A stretch of DNA of 64,000 bases, from contig CAYNHM010000023.1 of assembly GCA_964397135.1 (NCBI GenBank), positions 1,323 to 65,322 of the forward strand, given 5' to 3'. Positions 30,901-39,010 of the stretch are shown here, piece after piece (position 1 is the stretch's first letter; every line of letters starts with the position of its first letter). Both the position numbers and the translations under genes were made by a program. Under the pieces are notes generated by a model that saw only the letters and a program-made list of their open reading frames with translations, was not told the DNA's origin and did not search any database. Origin of the DNA: an uncultured Rikenellaceae bacterium (GTDB lineage Bacteria; Bacteroidota; Bacteroidia; Bacteroidales; Tenuifilaceae).

Positions 30901-31424
30901 GCATAGATCATTCTAAAGTTATCTTAATTTCGTATAATGGCATGGGTAACGGACAGATTGAAAACATTTCTGATATTGTATACATCCGCAGAGAGAACTT
31001 TGACAAAGGGTTAACCCCTGATATGGCTCATGAAGTTGATCTGATTAACAGACAAATGATTGAAAAAGGTAGAAAATATGTGCTTATTGGCCCAGGCAGA
31101 TGGGGAACTCGCGATCGATGGATAGGAATTCCTGTTACGTGGCCACAGATATCCAATGCTAAACTTATTGTTGAAACCAGCTTCGAAGATTTTCCGCTTG
31201 ATGCCTCATCGGGATCACATTTCTTTCATAATGTTATTAGCATGAATGTTGGCTATTGTTCAATACAGGATGGTGATTTGAATTGTAGGATTGCTTGGGA
31301 CTCTCTCGATGAAATTCCTGCAGAAACAGAAACAAAATTTTTCCGACAAGTTCACTTCAAAGAACCTTTATCGGTTAAAATGGATGGAAAGAAAAGAATT
31401 GTGCTGGTAAGCACTGAAAAATAG
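27924..31424 (+). CDS. Signalling enzyme P1: N-terminal sensor-like module + degenerate receiver + receiver + PEP-synthase-type ATP-grasp (PPDK_N-like) + putative phosphohistidine swivel-like C-terminus. No PEP/pyruvate TIM-barrel domain.
   Basis: LLVEDSPRYYS...VISD (receiver); GSVGGKGRG; LAIRSSGLLEDSLMQPFAG; MAVIIQEVVG; EIEFAVDL...LLQIKP; LIGPGRWG...LIVET...SGSHFFHN. Confidence 0.7.
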   Translation: MGSSSSSQEDFYKLLAESKERLKELSAINRTTSIIKEGRTVEGTLRQICLILPDAWQFPQFTVARIKYQKMEFTSVGFEETPWVQIQEFSTIDGEKGSVEIFYTREFPEEYEGPFLKEERDLIQNLTNLIVGYLNSIKGKDFVKEVKIPKKPVESEGVHTRKRLLQKFINQHNSDRDIYHDLMPFKVKEILLIANLYDAYNLEKEDRVTDNILGEYSKLSLTSVPRITGVSTLEEALEKMEEKHFNMVIIMMGADRVTPLEVAKRIKGEYNYIALYLLVNNSAVLNEMEKNPLTLESIDKVFEWNGDPKIFFSIIKLLEDKVNLENDTRIGLTRIILLVEDSPRYYSRYLPVLYSSILEQTKRIIEDVSTDDLYKVLRIRIRPKVLLTGNYEEAIEIFKRYKDFMLCVISDVKFFHKGKLDENAGINLITEIRKTLPNLPVIMQSYEQSNEFKVKLLNEKFAGIRNEPIFEDLINIAFINKNSDSLMQELKNFISNYLGFGDFVFKDAIGQPIATATSMEEFEKILRDIPGESILYHAEKNHFSLWLSARGEINVARIIHPSSINDFSGPEEIRTYLLTTLKKYRQEQRKGKIVSFETAWEVDSSNIVSLAEGSVGGKGRGISFINTLLYTFEISQYVPNINLYSPRTSIIGINEYECFMQRNGLYEKVFSETDYNRIMQYFLEGELSDQLITRLERLLQIYYRPLAIRSSGLLEDSLMQPFAGIFETYLIPNNHPDPKVRLKQTMDAIKLVYASVFSDTARGYIKAVNFKIEDEKMAVIIQEVVGNKYGDYYYPHISGVAQSYNYYPYGHIKPEDGFATVALGLGKYVVEGEKAFRFCPKYPTLMNYTPADLVKNSQTEFFAIDLKRHDINLLTDGDVAGLSRLNLFEAEEHGTIKHCASVYNPENNTITPGLSQPGSRVLNFANILKYNYIPLAQTIQVVLEVVEEALGSPCEIEFAVDLNRDINYKASFFLLQIKPMVGNTEEYKIFPESIDHSKVILISYNGMGNGQIENISDIVYIRRENFDKGLTPDMAHEVDLINRQMIEKGRKYVLIGPGRWGTRDRWIGIPVTWPQISNAKLIVETSFEDFPLDASSGSHFFHNVISMNVGYCSIQDGDLNCRIAWDSLDEIPAETETKFFRQVHFKEPLSVKMDGKKRIVLVSTEK

Positions 31425-31536
31425 TTGAATTTGAATTGTGTAAGTAACATTGAGGTTGAAAAATTGAATGATTGCCCCGATGCATCGAGGGAATGAGTGA
31501 TAAGCTAATATTGAATTGAAATCTTCCAATCATTAA

Positions 31537-31566
31537 TAGTTTTGAGTCCTGTAGAATATAAATTTG
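31537..31566 (+). promoter_or_regulatory. Two candidate -7 promoter boxes (TAGTTTTG at 31537-31544, TAAATTTG at 31559-31566) for the second paralogue
   Basis: Both are exact TAnnTTTG matches, 74-96 nt upstream of the ATG at 31640. Confidence 0.3.
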
Positions 31567-31639
31567 ATGGTGAGTTTAAAACGTATTGCTGAATACTGCT
31601 TCGTTAATAAATTCTTTAATAAACAATTGAATTACTCTA

Positions 31640-34606
31640 ATGCTACCAAAATCAACAGATTCAAGCACAGGTAAGTACTACTTTGCAGAAACTGCTTTTG
31701 ATTTGCTAATGAAAAGACGGATATTAAACGTTCTGTTAATTTGTAGCAAGTACGATGCTTTTATGCTTGAAGAAGATGGTAGAATTGAGGAGCAAATTTT
31801 CAACGAATACGTTAACTTAAACCTACGATATCCCCCAAAATTTATCCATGTAACCTCTGCTGATGATGCTTTTGCAAAGATGAAAGAGCTATCCATTGAT
31901 CTTATTATCACCATGCTAAAAGTCGAGGGCATGGATCCTTTCAATCTTGCCAAAGAAATAAAATCCCTTTACCCACAAAAACCTATTGTTGTTTTAACCC
32001 CATTTTCCCGTGAAGTAACCCTTAAGCTAAGCCGAGAGGATCTAAGCGCCATTGACTACGTTTTTTCGTGGCTGGGAAATGCTCAAATTATGCTGGCCAT
32101 AATAAAGCTTATCGAAGACTCAATGAATGCTGAGCATGATGTGAACAAGGTAGGTGTTCAGGTAATCCTGCTTGTAGAAGACTCTGTTCGTTACTATTCA
32201 GCATATCTCCCAAATATCTATAGGATCATCTTTACTCAAAGCAAGCAGTTTATGTCTGAAGGTCTAAATGAACACCAGAAGATGCTTCGCATGAGAGGTA
32301 GACCAAAGATATTGCTTGCCCGAAACCTAGAACAAGCAGAAAAACTTTACCATAAATATAAGCATAATATGCTCGGTGTGATCACTGATATGAGCTATCC
32401 CCATAATGGGCAGATGGTACAACGTGCTGGTGTTAAACTGATTGAGCTAATAAAAACGGATAGCCCATTCATGCCTATTCTATTACAATCGTCAGATATA
32501 AATAACCAGCTTTTAGCCAAGCAACAAAAAGTTGGGTTTATCCACAAGTACTCTAAAACCTTATCGCTTGAACTGCACGACTTTATCATTAAGTATTTTG
32601 CCTTTGGTGATTTTGTTTTTATTGACCCAAACAGCAATCGAGAGATTTTTAGGGTTACCGATTTAAAATCGTTACAGGAAATAATATTTCAAATCCCAGA
32701 CGAATCATTAGCTTACCATATTGAACGGAATCATTTCTCTAAATGGTTAACAGCCAGAGCCCTATTTCCCATTGCTGATATATTTAAATACATAACTCCT
32801 GATGATTTTCAAAACCTCGAAGAGGTTCGAAGGTTTATATTTGACACAATTGATAGGTACCGTGAGAGTAAAGGAAGGGGTATAATCGCCAAATTCTACC
32901 GCGATAGCTACGATGAGTACCAAATATTCTCTCGAATTGGAGATGGGTCATTAGGGGGTAAAGGCAGGGGTTTAGCGTTTATTGATTCGGTTATAAAACG
33001 CAGCTACCTGATGCATCGGTTTGAGAACGTGGTAATTTCGATACCCCGTACAGTAGTAATATGTACTGACGTTTTCGATGAATTTATGGAGATTAACAAC
33101 CTTTACCCTATTGCCCTATCAGATGCAAGCAATGAAGAAATACTTCGCCATTTTCTTAATGCTCCACTGCCACTACGTATTCATAAAGATTTATATTCTT
33201 TCATTGCAGTGGTAAGAAATCCCATTGCCATTCGTTCTTCCAGTCTACTTGAAGATTCACATTTTCAACCATTTGCAGGTGTATACTCGACCTATATGGT
33301 TCCCAACGTAAAAGAGAGTGCACCACAAATGCTCGAACTAATGAGTCAAGCCATAAAGTGTGTATACGCTTCGGTTTACACCAAGGAAAGTAAAACATAC
33401 ATGCAAGCCACACAAAATGCAATAGAAGAAGAACGTATGGCAATTGTTTTACAAGAGGTTGTTGGATCAAAACATGACAATAGATACTACCCAAACATAT
33501 CTGGAGTAGCCCGTTCCATAAATTTTTATCCCATTTCTCCAGAAACTCCAAACGATGGAATCTCAAGTATTGCTCTTGGATTGGGTAAACATGTGGTTGA
33601 GGGAAAACCATCGCTAAGGTTTTCGCCCAAATACCCCAAAAAAATATTACAGCTCTCTTCTCCAGAAATGGCGATAAAAGAAACTCAAAAAACTTTCTTT
33701 GCCTTAGACCTTCAACCTACAAGCTTTATCCCATCAACCAATGATGCCATAAACCTTTTTGAGCTGGATGTGATGGAAGCTTTTAATGATGGTACTCTTT
33801 CCATTGCAGCTTCCACCTTCGATTTTGAAAATCAGCAAATTTATGATGGCTATAACGGTAGTGGCAAACCTGTAATCACATTTGATGCCATTCTCAAGCA
33901 TAAAAAATTTCCTTTACCTGAGATTCTTAAAGCTATTCTTGAGGTAGGACAACAGGAAATGAATAATCCAGTTGAAATTGAATTTGCTGTAAATCTTAAT
34001 ACTCCAGGCGATAAGCCAAATATGTTTGGTATGCTACAGATACGACCCATTGTTCAGAACCGGGAGATTATACATACCAACTTCGATAGCATCCCTCAAA
34101 AAGATATGCTTCTATTTTCAACTTCAGCCCTTGGGAATGGTGTAGTTAATAACTTATCGGATATTGTATACATAAAACCGGATAGTTTTGATCCATCAAA
34201 AACATATCAGATAGCAACCGAACTTGAAGAAATCAACGCTGAATTCATGAAAAAGGGAAAGGGTTACATTCTTATTGGTCCGGGTCGCTGGGGTTCCAGC
34301 GATAGTTGGCTTGGAATACCAGTAAAATGGCCTCAGATATCGGCTGCAAAAATTATTGTTGAAACCGCTTTGGAAAACTACAAAATTGATCCCAGCCAAG
34401 GAACTCATTTCTTTCAAAACCTTACCTCATTTAGCGTTGCCTACTTAACAATTAATCCATATCTTAATGAAGGTTTTATCGATAATAATTATCTTGCCTC
34501 TAAACAAGCCACATATGAAAGCGAAATGGTAAGACATATTAAATTTCCCTCTCCTCTTGAGGCAATTGTTAATGGACAGAAAAGAATGGGGGTTGTGCTT
34601 AAATGA
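31640..34606 (+). CDS. Signalling enzyme P2 (paralogue of P1): degenerate receiver + receiver + PEP-synthase-type ATP-grasp + putative swivel-like C-terminus
   Basis: Collinear with P1: LLVEDSVRYYS...VITD; GSLGGKGRG; IAIRSSSLLEDSHFQPFAG; MAIVLQEVVG; EIEFAVNL...MLQIRP; LIGPGRWG...IIVET...QGTHFFQN. Confidence 0.7.
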   Translation: MLPKSTDSSTGKYYFAETAFDLLMKRRILNVLLICSKYDAFMLEEDGRIEEQIFNEYVNLNLRYPPKFIHVTSADDAFAKMKELSIDLIITMLKVEGMDPFNLAKEIKSLYPQKPIVVLTPFSREVTLKLSREDLSAIDYVFSWLGNAQIMLAIIKLIEDSMNAEHDVNKVGVQVILLVEDSVRYYSAYLPNIYRIIFTQSKQFMSEGLNEHQKMLRMRGRPKILLARNLEQAEKLYHKYKHNMLGVITDMSYPHNGQMVQRAGVKLIELIKTDSPFMPILLQSSDINNQLLAKQQKVGFIHKYSKTLSLELHDFIIKYFAFGDFVFIDPNSNREIFRVTDLKSLQEIIFQIPDESLAYHIERNHFSKWLTARALFPIADIFKYITPDDFQNLEEVRRFIFDTIDRYRESKGRGIIAKFYRDSYDEYQIFSRIGDGSLGGKGRGLAFIDSVIKRSYLMHRFENVVISIPRTVVICTDVFDEFMEINNLYPIALSDASNEEILRHFLNAPLPLRIHKDLYSFIAVVRNPIAIRSSSLLEDSHFQPFAGVYSTYMVPNVKESAPQMLELMSQAIKCVYASVYTKESKTYMQATQNAIEEERMAIVLQEVVGSKHDNRYYPNISGVARSINFYPISPETPNDGISSIALGLGKHVVEGKPSLRFSPKYPKKILQLSSPEMAIKETQKTFFALDLQPTSFIPSTNDAINLFELDVMEAFNDGTLSIAASTFDFENQQIYDGYNGSGKPVITFDAILKHKKFPLPEILKAILEVGQQEMNNPVEIEFAVNLNTPGDKPNMFGMLQIRPIVQNREIIHTNFDSIPQKDMLLFSTSALGNGVVNNLSDIVYIKPDSFDPSKTYQIATELEEINAEFMKKGKGYILIGPGRWGSSDSWLGIPVKWPQISAAKIIVETALENYKIDPSQGTHFFQNLTSFSVAYLTINPYLNEGFIDNNYLASKQATYESEMVRHIKFPSPLEAIVNGQKRMGVVLK

Positions 34607-34656
34607 TAATTATGAAATAATATTCAACTAGAACATTTTAATATAAAAAAACTAAT

Positions 34657-35025
34657 TTATGATAATACTTCTTCAACAGTTTTAACTATCTCTTTGATGT
34701 TAAATGGTTTACTAAAATATTTGTTTATCAATTTTTCATTTAATGCATTTGCTATCTCTTCGGTTATATCATAACCTGTTAGAATAAAGAAAACTATATG
34801 AGGATAATCTAGTTTAGCTTTTCTAATGAATTCGATGCCATTCATACCTGGCATTCTCATGTCGCTAATTACAATTGAGATATCAGGGTTTTCTTTAAGT
34901 TTTTGTAATCCTTCCATTCCTGAAGTTGCTGTTACTACATGATATATACCTTTAAAATTTAGCTCAAATAACATGAGGTTAACAGGCTCATCATCAACAT
35001 AGAGGATTTTAGTAGAGTTTTCCAT
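34657..35025 (-). CDS. Stand-alone CheY-like response regulator receiver
   Basis: Canonical DD (YVDDEP), phosphoacceptor ISDMRMPGMNG, LTG and KP motifs. No output domain. Confidence 0.85.
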   Translation of the reverse strand: MENSTKILYVDDEPVNLMLFELNFKGIYHVVTATSGMEGLQKLKENPDISIVISDMRMPGMNGIEFIRKAKLDYPHIVFFILTGYDITEEIANALNEKLINKYFSKPFNIKEIVKTVEEVLS

Positions 35026-35122
35026 AGTTTATCGAAATAACTAAAAAGAAACCATCCAATACAATAATTACCTTTAAAAATAATAAAAATCACGTAATAA
35101 CTAGTAAAATTTTAACTAAAGT

Positions 35123-35710
35123 TTAAATTTTTTCTTTTAGCAACATTAACACTTTTTTACCCTTTGCACGCAATGCGGGAGTTCCTATCTCCATTTGATT
35201 TTCTATTATATACGGGAGTTCTTGTGCAATCCATTTCTGACGTATGGATAGATGAAATAGAACGTCCATACAATGAGCTTTAATGGCCGGTTTACTCTTT
35301 TCGTCAACTAACCATTTAAAACAAATCTCTTCAAGCGGCTCTAAGTTTGTCTGCCAAAACTCACGATCAAAGACCTTTGATGTTTTTCTCTTCACGATTC
35401 TTTTAACTCCTATAGAAATTAGTTTTGTCAAGTGTCTTTGTACGCTATGATTTTTAGTTTTTGGAAGATTTTCTATAAGAGTAGGAAGGTAATAATCTAA
35501 TGCTTCAGGAGATTTAATAAACATATTTTCAAGAACCCAAGCTGAATGAAACCTAATTGACTGATCCCCATGTAAAGTCAGGGCAATTATTTCCTCAAAC
35601 TCTACACCTAAATCTGAAAAGGACTTTACCAATTGAAGGACTTCCTTTTTGGTCATGGAGTAGTTTAATCGTTCTAAAAGTTTTTCTTTATTTATGCCTG
35701 GTAAATACAC
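35123..35710 (-). CDS. Hypothetical all-helical (HEAT/ARM-like) protein
   Basis: Long ORF with helical-repeat character. The resemblance to DNA-alkylation-repair-type HEAT proteins is only an impression. Confidence 0.4.
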   Translation of the reverse strand: MYLPGINKEKLLERLNYSMTKKEVLQLVKSFSDLGVEFEEIIALTLHGDQSIRFHSAWVLENMFIKSPEALDYYLPTLIENLPKTKNHSVQRHLTKLISIGVKRIVKRKTSKVFDREFWQTNLEPLEEICFKWLVDEKSKPAIKAHCMDVLFHLSIRQKWIAQELPYIIENQMEIGTPALRAKGKKVLMLLKEKI

Positions 35711-35941
35711 TTGTGTTAATATTGGATTATAAAAAATCTATGCTAAATGTTCTTTTCAAATAATAGGTTGCTCTAAACAAATATAATAAAACTTTTTCTA
35801 GCATCAACACTAAAAAAATATTAATATTTTAACTATTTAATTACTAATAAAGTTGATATCTCTATGACATAAAAACCCCTTGTTTTATAAGGATTAACTG
35901 CAAATCATTACCTTTACATTTTGATAATTGAATCAACAGCA

Positions 35942-36637
35942 ATGGATTTATTAAGCTTTTTATTCTTAAAATACCCCTACACTCCAGAAAAATTAAAAAA
36001 AATGGTTTGTGGAGAAAAAAATGTTGCAATTATGCTTGATAATGGTAGCATAGGAGTATGCTCAACTTTATGCAACACCGTCGAATGTGCATTTAAAATT
36101 TTAGAAAATCCAGATTTCACAAACTATCATCACAGAATTATTATCAATGCCTGGGTAAATGCTTTTGCAAATAATAGCGTTACACCCTCTGGAACCAATG
36201 ATATTTTTGATGCTATTGACTTCACACGTTTCGAACATGTTGTAATGGTAGGCTATTTTGGTTCTTTATCCAAAAAATTAATGGACATTGGAATAAATTT
36301 ATCTGTTTTCGATCTCAATGAAGAAGACAAACCTGTTGAACCTCTAAAAAACCTAGCATCAGGAATTCAAAAAGCCGATGCAGTAATTCTAACAGCTACA
36401 AGTATATCAAACAACACATTCAATGAGCTAGTTGGTATTGTATCAACCAATTCAAAAGTTTTTATTCTGGGGCCATCCACTCCCTTGTCAACATTCATGT
36501 TCAGCAATCCTGTGATCAGTGGATTATTTGGTGCACGATTTGAGCCTTTCGATCATGAAGTTCTTCAAGCAATAGAACAAGGAGGTGGAACAAGATCATT
36601 TTTAGGAAGAATGCAAAAGATTTATATCTTGCGTTGA
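35942..36637 (+). CDS. DUF4213/DUF364 (putative heavy-metal chelation, Rossmann-like) protein
   Basis: Size, the VVMVGYFGSL...ADAVILTATSISNNT Rossmann-like block and its context upstream of a tungstate/molybdate transporter. ATG at 35942 preferred over the TTG at 35921. Confidence 0.6.
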   Translation: MDLLSFLFLKYPYTPEKLKKMVCGEKNVAIMLDNGSIGVCSTLCNTVECAFKILENPDFTNYHHRIIINAWVNAFANNSVTPSGTNDIFDAIDFTRFEHVVMVGYFGSLSKKLMDIGINLSVFDLNEEDKPVEPLKNLASGIQKADAVILTATSISNNTFNELVGIVSTNSKVFILGPSTPLSTFMFSNPVISGLFGARFEPFDHEVLQAIEQGGGTRSFLGRMQKIYILR

Positions 36638-36697
36638 AAAAGTATAAAAAGAAAAACTAACAATTAAACACTTTTACTAACATTTAAAAATACTAAC

Positions 36698-37075
36698 ATG
36701 GCTGGACGAAAAGGTAGCAAATACTACGATATTTTTCTCAAGCATAAAGTTTGGCTCGAAAATATTCATGGTCAAGACATTGTTGGTGGGGGAAAATTCG
36801 ATTTACTTTTATGTATTGACGAACTGGGTTCTCTTACTGCAGCGGCAGACAAATTGAGTATTAGCTATCGAAAAGCATGGGGTAATCTGCGTGAAATTGA
36901 ACAACGACTTGGTTTTACTATAGTTAACAAGCACAGAGGTGGTAAAGAAGGAGGTAATACCCAGCTAAATACCGAAGGTAAAAAGCTAATTGAGGCATAC
37001 AAAGTATTTTTAACCGAAATTGAAACCCTGATGCATGATGCGGCAAAGGCTTTTTGGGCAAAAGTGAATGATTGA
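36698..37075 (+). CDS. ModE-N-type winged-helix regulator (DNA-binding domain only, no Mop/TOBE domains)
   Basis: GSLTAAADKLSISYRKAWGNLREIEQRLGF...GGKEGGNTQLT is the ModE N-terminal HTH signature. The protein ends after ~125 aa. Confidence 0.7.
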   Translation: MAGRKGSKYYDIFLKHKVWLENIHGQDIVGGGKFDLLLCIDELGSLTAAADKLSISYRKAWGNLREIEQRLGFTIVNKHRGGKEGGNTQLNTEGKKLIEAYKVFLTEIETLMHDAAKAFWAKVND

Positions 37076-37212
37076 AAACGCTTTAAAGTGGAAGTAGGAA
37101 AATAAAAAAAACTTTTTCAATCCATTATCTTTAAAATTCTTATCTACTAATTCACAAAATATTTTTTTATTTCAATGCGTTGTGCTTTTTTTGCATAACG
37201 AAAATACTTGGT

Positions 37213-38181
37213 ATGAAAAAAAACTTATTGATCTCTCTGATTGCATTATCTTTTTCATTCTTTTCATGTAATTCTATTGATAAAAGGCAAAATACCCTGA
37301 CAATATTTCACGCTGGTAGTCTTTCGATGCCCATGAAGGCCATAGCAGACAGTTTTAAGTTGAAAAACCCAGGTGTAACTATTCGGCTCGAAGCGGCAGG
37401 GAGTGTTGAATGTGCTCGAAAAATAACTGAATTAAATCGCCAATGCGATATAATGGCCTCAGCCGATTACAAAATAATCGATGATCTGCTAATACCTGAT
37501 TACGCTGATTGGAACGTACTATTTTCAGGCAATGAAATGGCAATTGTGCACAACAAAAAATCTAGGTATGCCAATGAAATAAACAAAGACAACTGGTGTG
37601 ATATACTACTAAAACCTGAAGTAAACTATGGTCGAAGTGATCCCAATGCCGATCCCTGTGGTTACCGTACCTTGCTAGCTCTTCAACTTGCCGAGCGTTT
37701 TTACAGTAAACCCAATTTATTCAATGAAATTGCCCAAAAGGATAACCGCTTTGTACGACCTAAGGAGGTGGATCTAATTGCCCTATTAGAAACTGGCACC
37801 GTTGATTATATCTTTTTATATCGGTCAGTGGCAGTGCAACATGAGTTAGAATACCTAATCCTTCCCAATGAAATAAACCTTGGATCTCAACTTTTTTCTG
37901 ATGAATACTCGCACGTTCAAATTAAAATCAGAGGATCAGCCATGGGTGATACTCTACTGATTAGTGGTGAACCAATGATTTATGGGCTAACTATACCCAA
38001 AAATGCTCCAAACAGAAGACTTGCCGAAGAGTTTACAAGATTTTTCCTCCATCCTGAAAAAGGATTGAAAGTAATTGAACAGATGGGCATGCCTCCACTA
38101 AATCCCTTGATTATTAAAAATGAGAAAAGCATGGATGAAGTTCTTTTTAAACAAATATCAGGGATAAACGAATACGAATAG
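37213..38181 (+). CDS. Tungstate/molybdate ABC transporter substrate-binding lipoprotein (WtpA-like)
   Basis: Lipobox (SFFSC), then LTIFHAGSLSMPM...LEAAGSVECARKI...DIMASADY, typical of WtpA/ModA-class binding proteins. Confidence 0.7.
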   Translation: MKKNLLISLIALSFSFFSCNSIDKRQNTLTIFHAGSLSMPMKAIADSFKLKNPGVTIRLEAAGSVECARKITELNRQCDIMASADYKIIDDLLIPDYADWNVLFSGNEMAIVHNKKSRYANEINKDNWCDILLKPEVNYGRSDPNADPCGYRTLLALQLAERFYSKPNLFNEIAQKDNRFVRPKEVDLIALLETGTVDYIFLYRSVAVQHELEYLILPNEINLGSQLFSDEYSHVQIKIRGSAMGDTLLISGEPMIYGLTIPKNAPNRRLAEEFTRFFLHPEKGLKVIEQMGMPPLNPLIIKNEKSMDEVLFKQISGINEYE

Positions 38182-38227
38182 AGCTATAGTATAAGTTGCA
38201 AGGAATAAGTAAAACCATTTAAAGATA

Positions 38228-39010
38228 ATGCAAAAGTCATCCATAAAGCAATCCTTTACATTCTTAGGTGGTTTAGTGCTTCTTTTTATAGTAGCACCTC
38301 TGCTCGGAATGGTATTCGCTACTCCTCTCGCCACACTTTTCTCAACAGCCGGTGAGCTGGAGGTACAACAAAGCATTTGGCTAACAATATGGATTTCAAT
38401 GGCAACTACATTGGCTTTCTCCATTATGGCTATTCCGCTATCATACTTACTGGCAAGGTATAAGTTTCCAATGAAAAATATCGTACTTGGCATTATTGAT
38501 TTACCGATTGTTATTCCACATTCTGCAGCAGGTATTGCCCTACTTGGCTTCATCAGTCGGGATACTGTTATTGGAAAAATGGTAGGTGTGTTTGGGATAA
38601 ACCTGGTAGGAAGTCCTATTGCCATTGCTCTTGCCATGGCTTTTGTTAGCCTTCCTTTTTTGATCAATGCTGCGCGTGAAGGTTTTTCGTCAGTACCAGA
38701 AAGGCTGGAAAAAGCTGCTTTGCTCCTTGGAGCTTCACCCGCTAGGGTATTCTTCACCATTTCATTACCCTTAGCATGGCGAAGTATTGTTACGGGTTTG
38801 GTTATGATGTTTGCTAGAGGGATGAGTGAATTTGGGGCAGTGGTTATTGTTGCATATCACCCTATGGTTGCACCAGTTTTAATCTTCGACAGATTTAACG
38901 CCTTTGGCTTAAAGTATGCTCGTCCAGTAGCCTTGCTTTTCATTATGATTAGTCTGGTTGTTTTTATAACAATCAGATTGCTTGCCACAAAACGGAAGAA
39001 AGATGCTTAA
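38228..39010 (+). CDS. ABC transporter permease (WtpB/ModB-like)
   Basis: Six TM segments and the EAA-type loop (LEKAALLLGASPARVFFTISLP). Confidence 0.8.
   Translation: MQKSSIKQSFTFLGGLVLLFIVAPLLGMVFATPLATLFSTAGELEVQQSIWLTIWISMATTLAFSIMAIPLSYLLARYKFPMKNIVLGIIDLPIVIPHSAAGIALLGFISRDTVIGKMVGVFGINLVGSPIAIALAMAFVSLPFLINAAREGFSSVPERLEKAALLLGASPARVFFTISLPLAWRSIVTGLVMMFARGMSEFGAVVIVAYHPMVAPVLIFDRFNAFGLKYARPVALLFIMISLVVFITIRLLATKRKKDA

Noticed and set aside
31468-31500. 10-codon mini-ORF (MIAPMHRGNE) in the P1-P2 spacer as a leader peptide
   Set aside because: It is too short to evaluate and has no attenuator-like alternative hairpins or regulatory codon run. It overlaps the palindrome, which is reported separately.
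35711-35920. Possible Moco or other riboswitch in the 210-bp leader of the W/Mo operon
   Set aside because: The region is extremely AT-rich. I could find no conserved GC-paired stems or recognisable Moco-motif core. It cannot be supported without a covariance-model search.
38158-38760. 200-aa minus-strand ORF, and similar long antisense ORFs at 5116-5484, 15038-15436, 26669-27028, 33201-33611 and 58391-58717
   Set aside because: Each lies entirely inside a well-supported gene on the opposite strand and has low-complexity or unrecognisable sequence. These are shadow ORFs, not genes.
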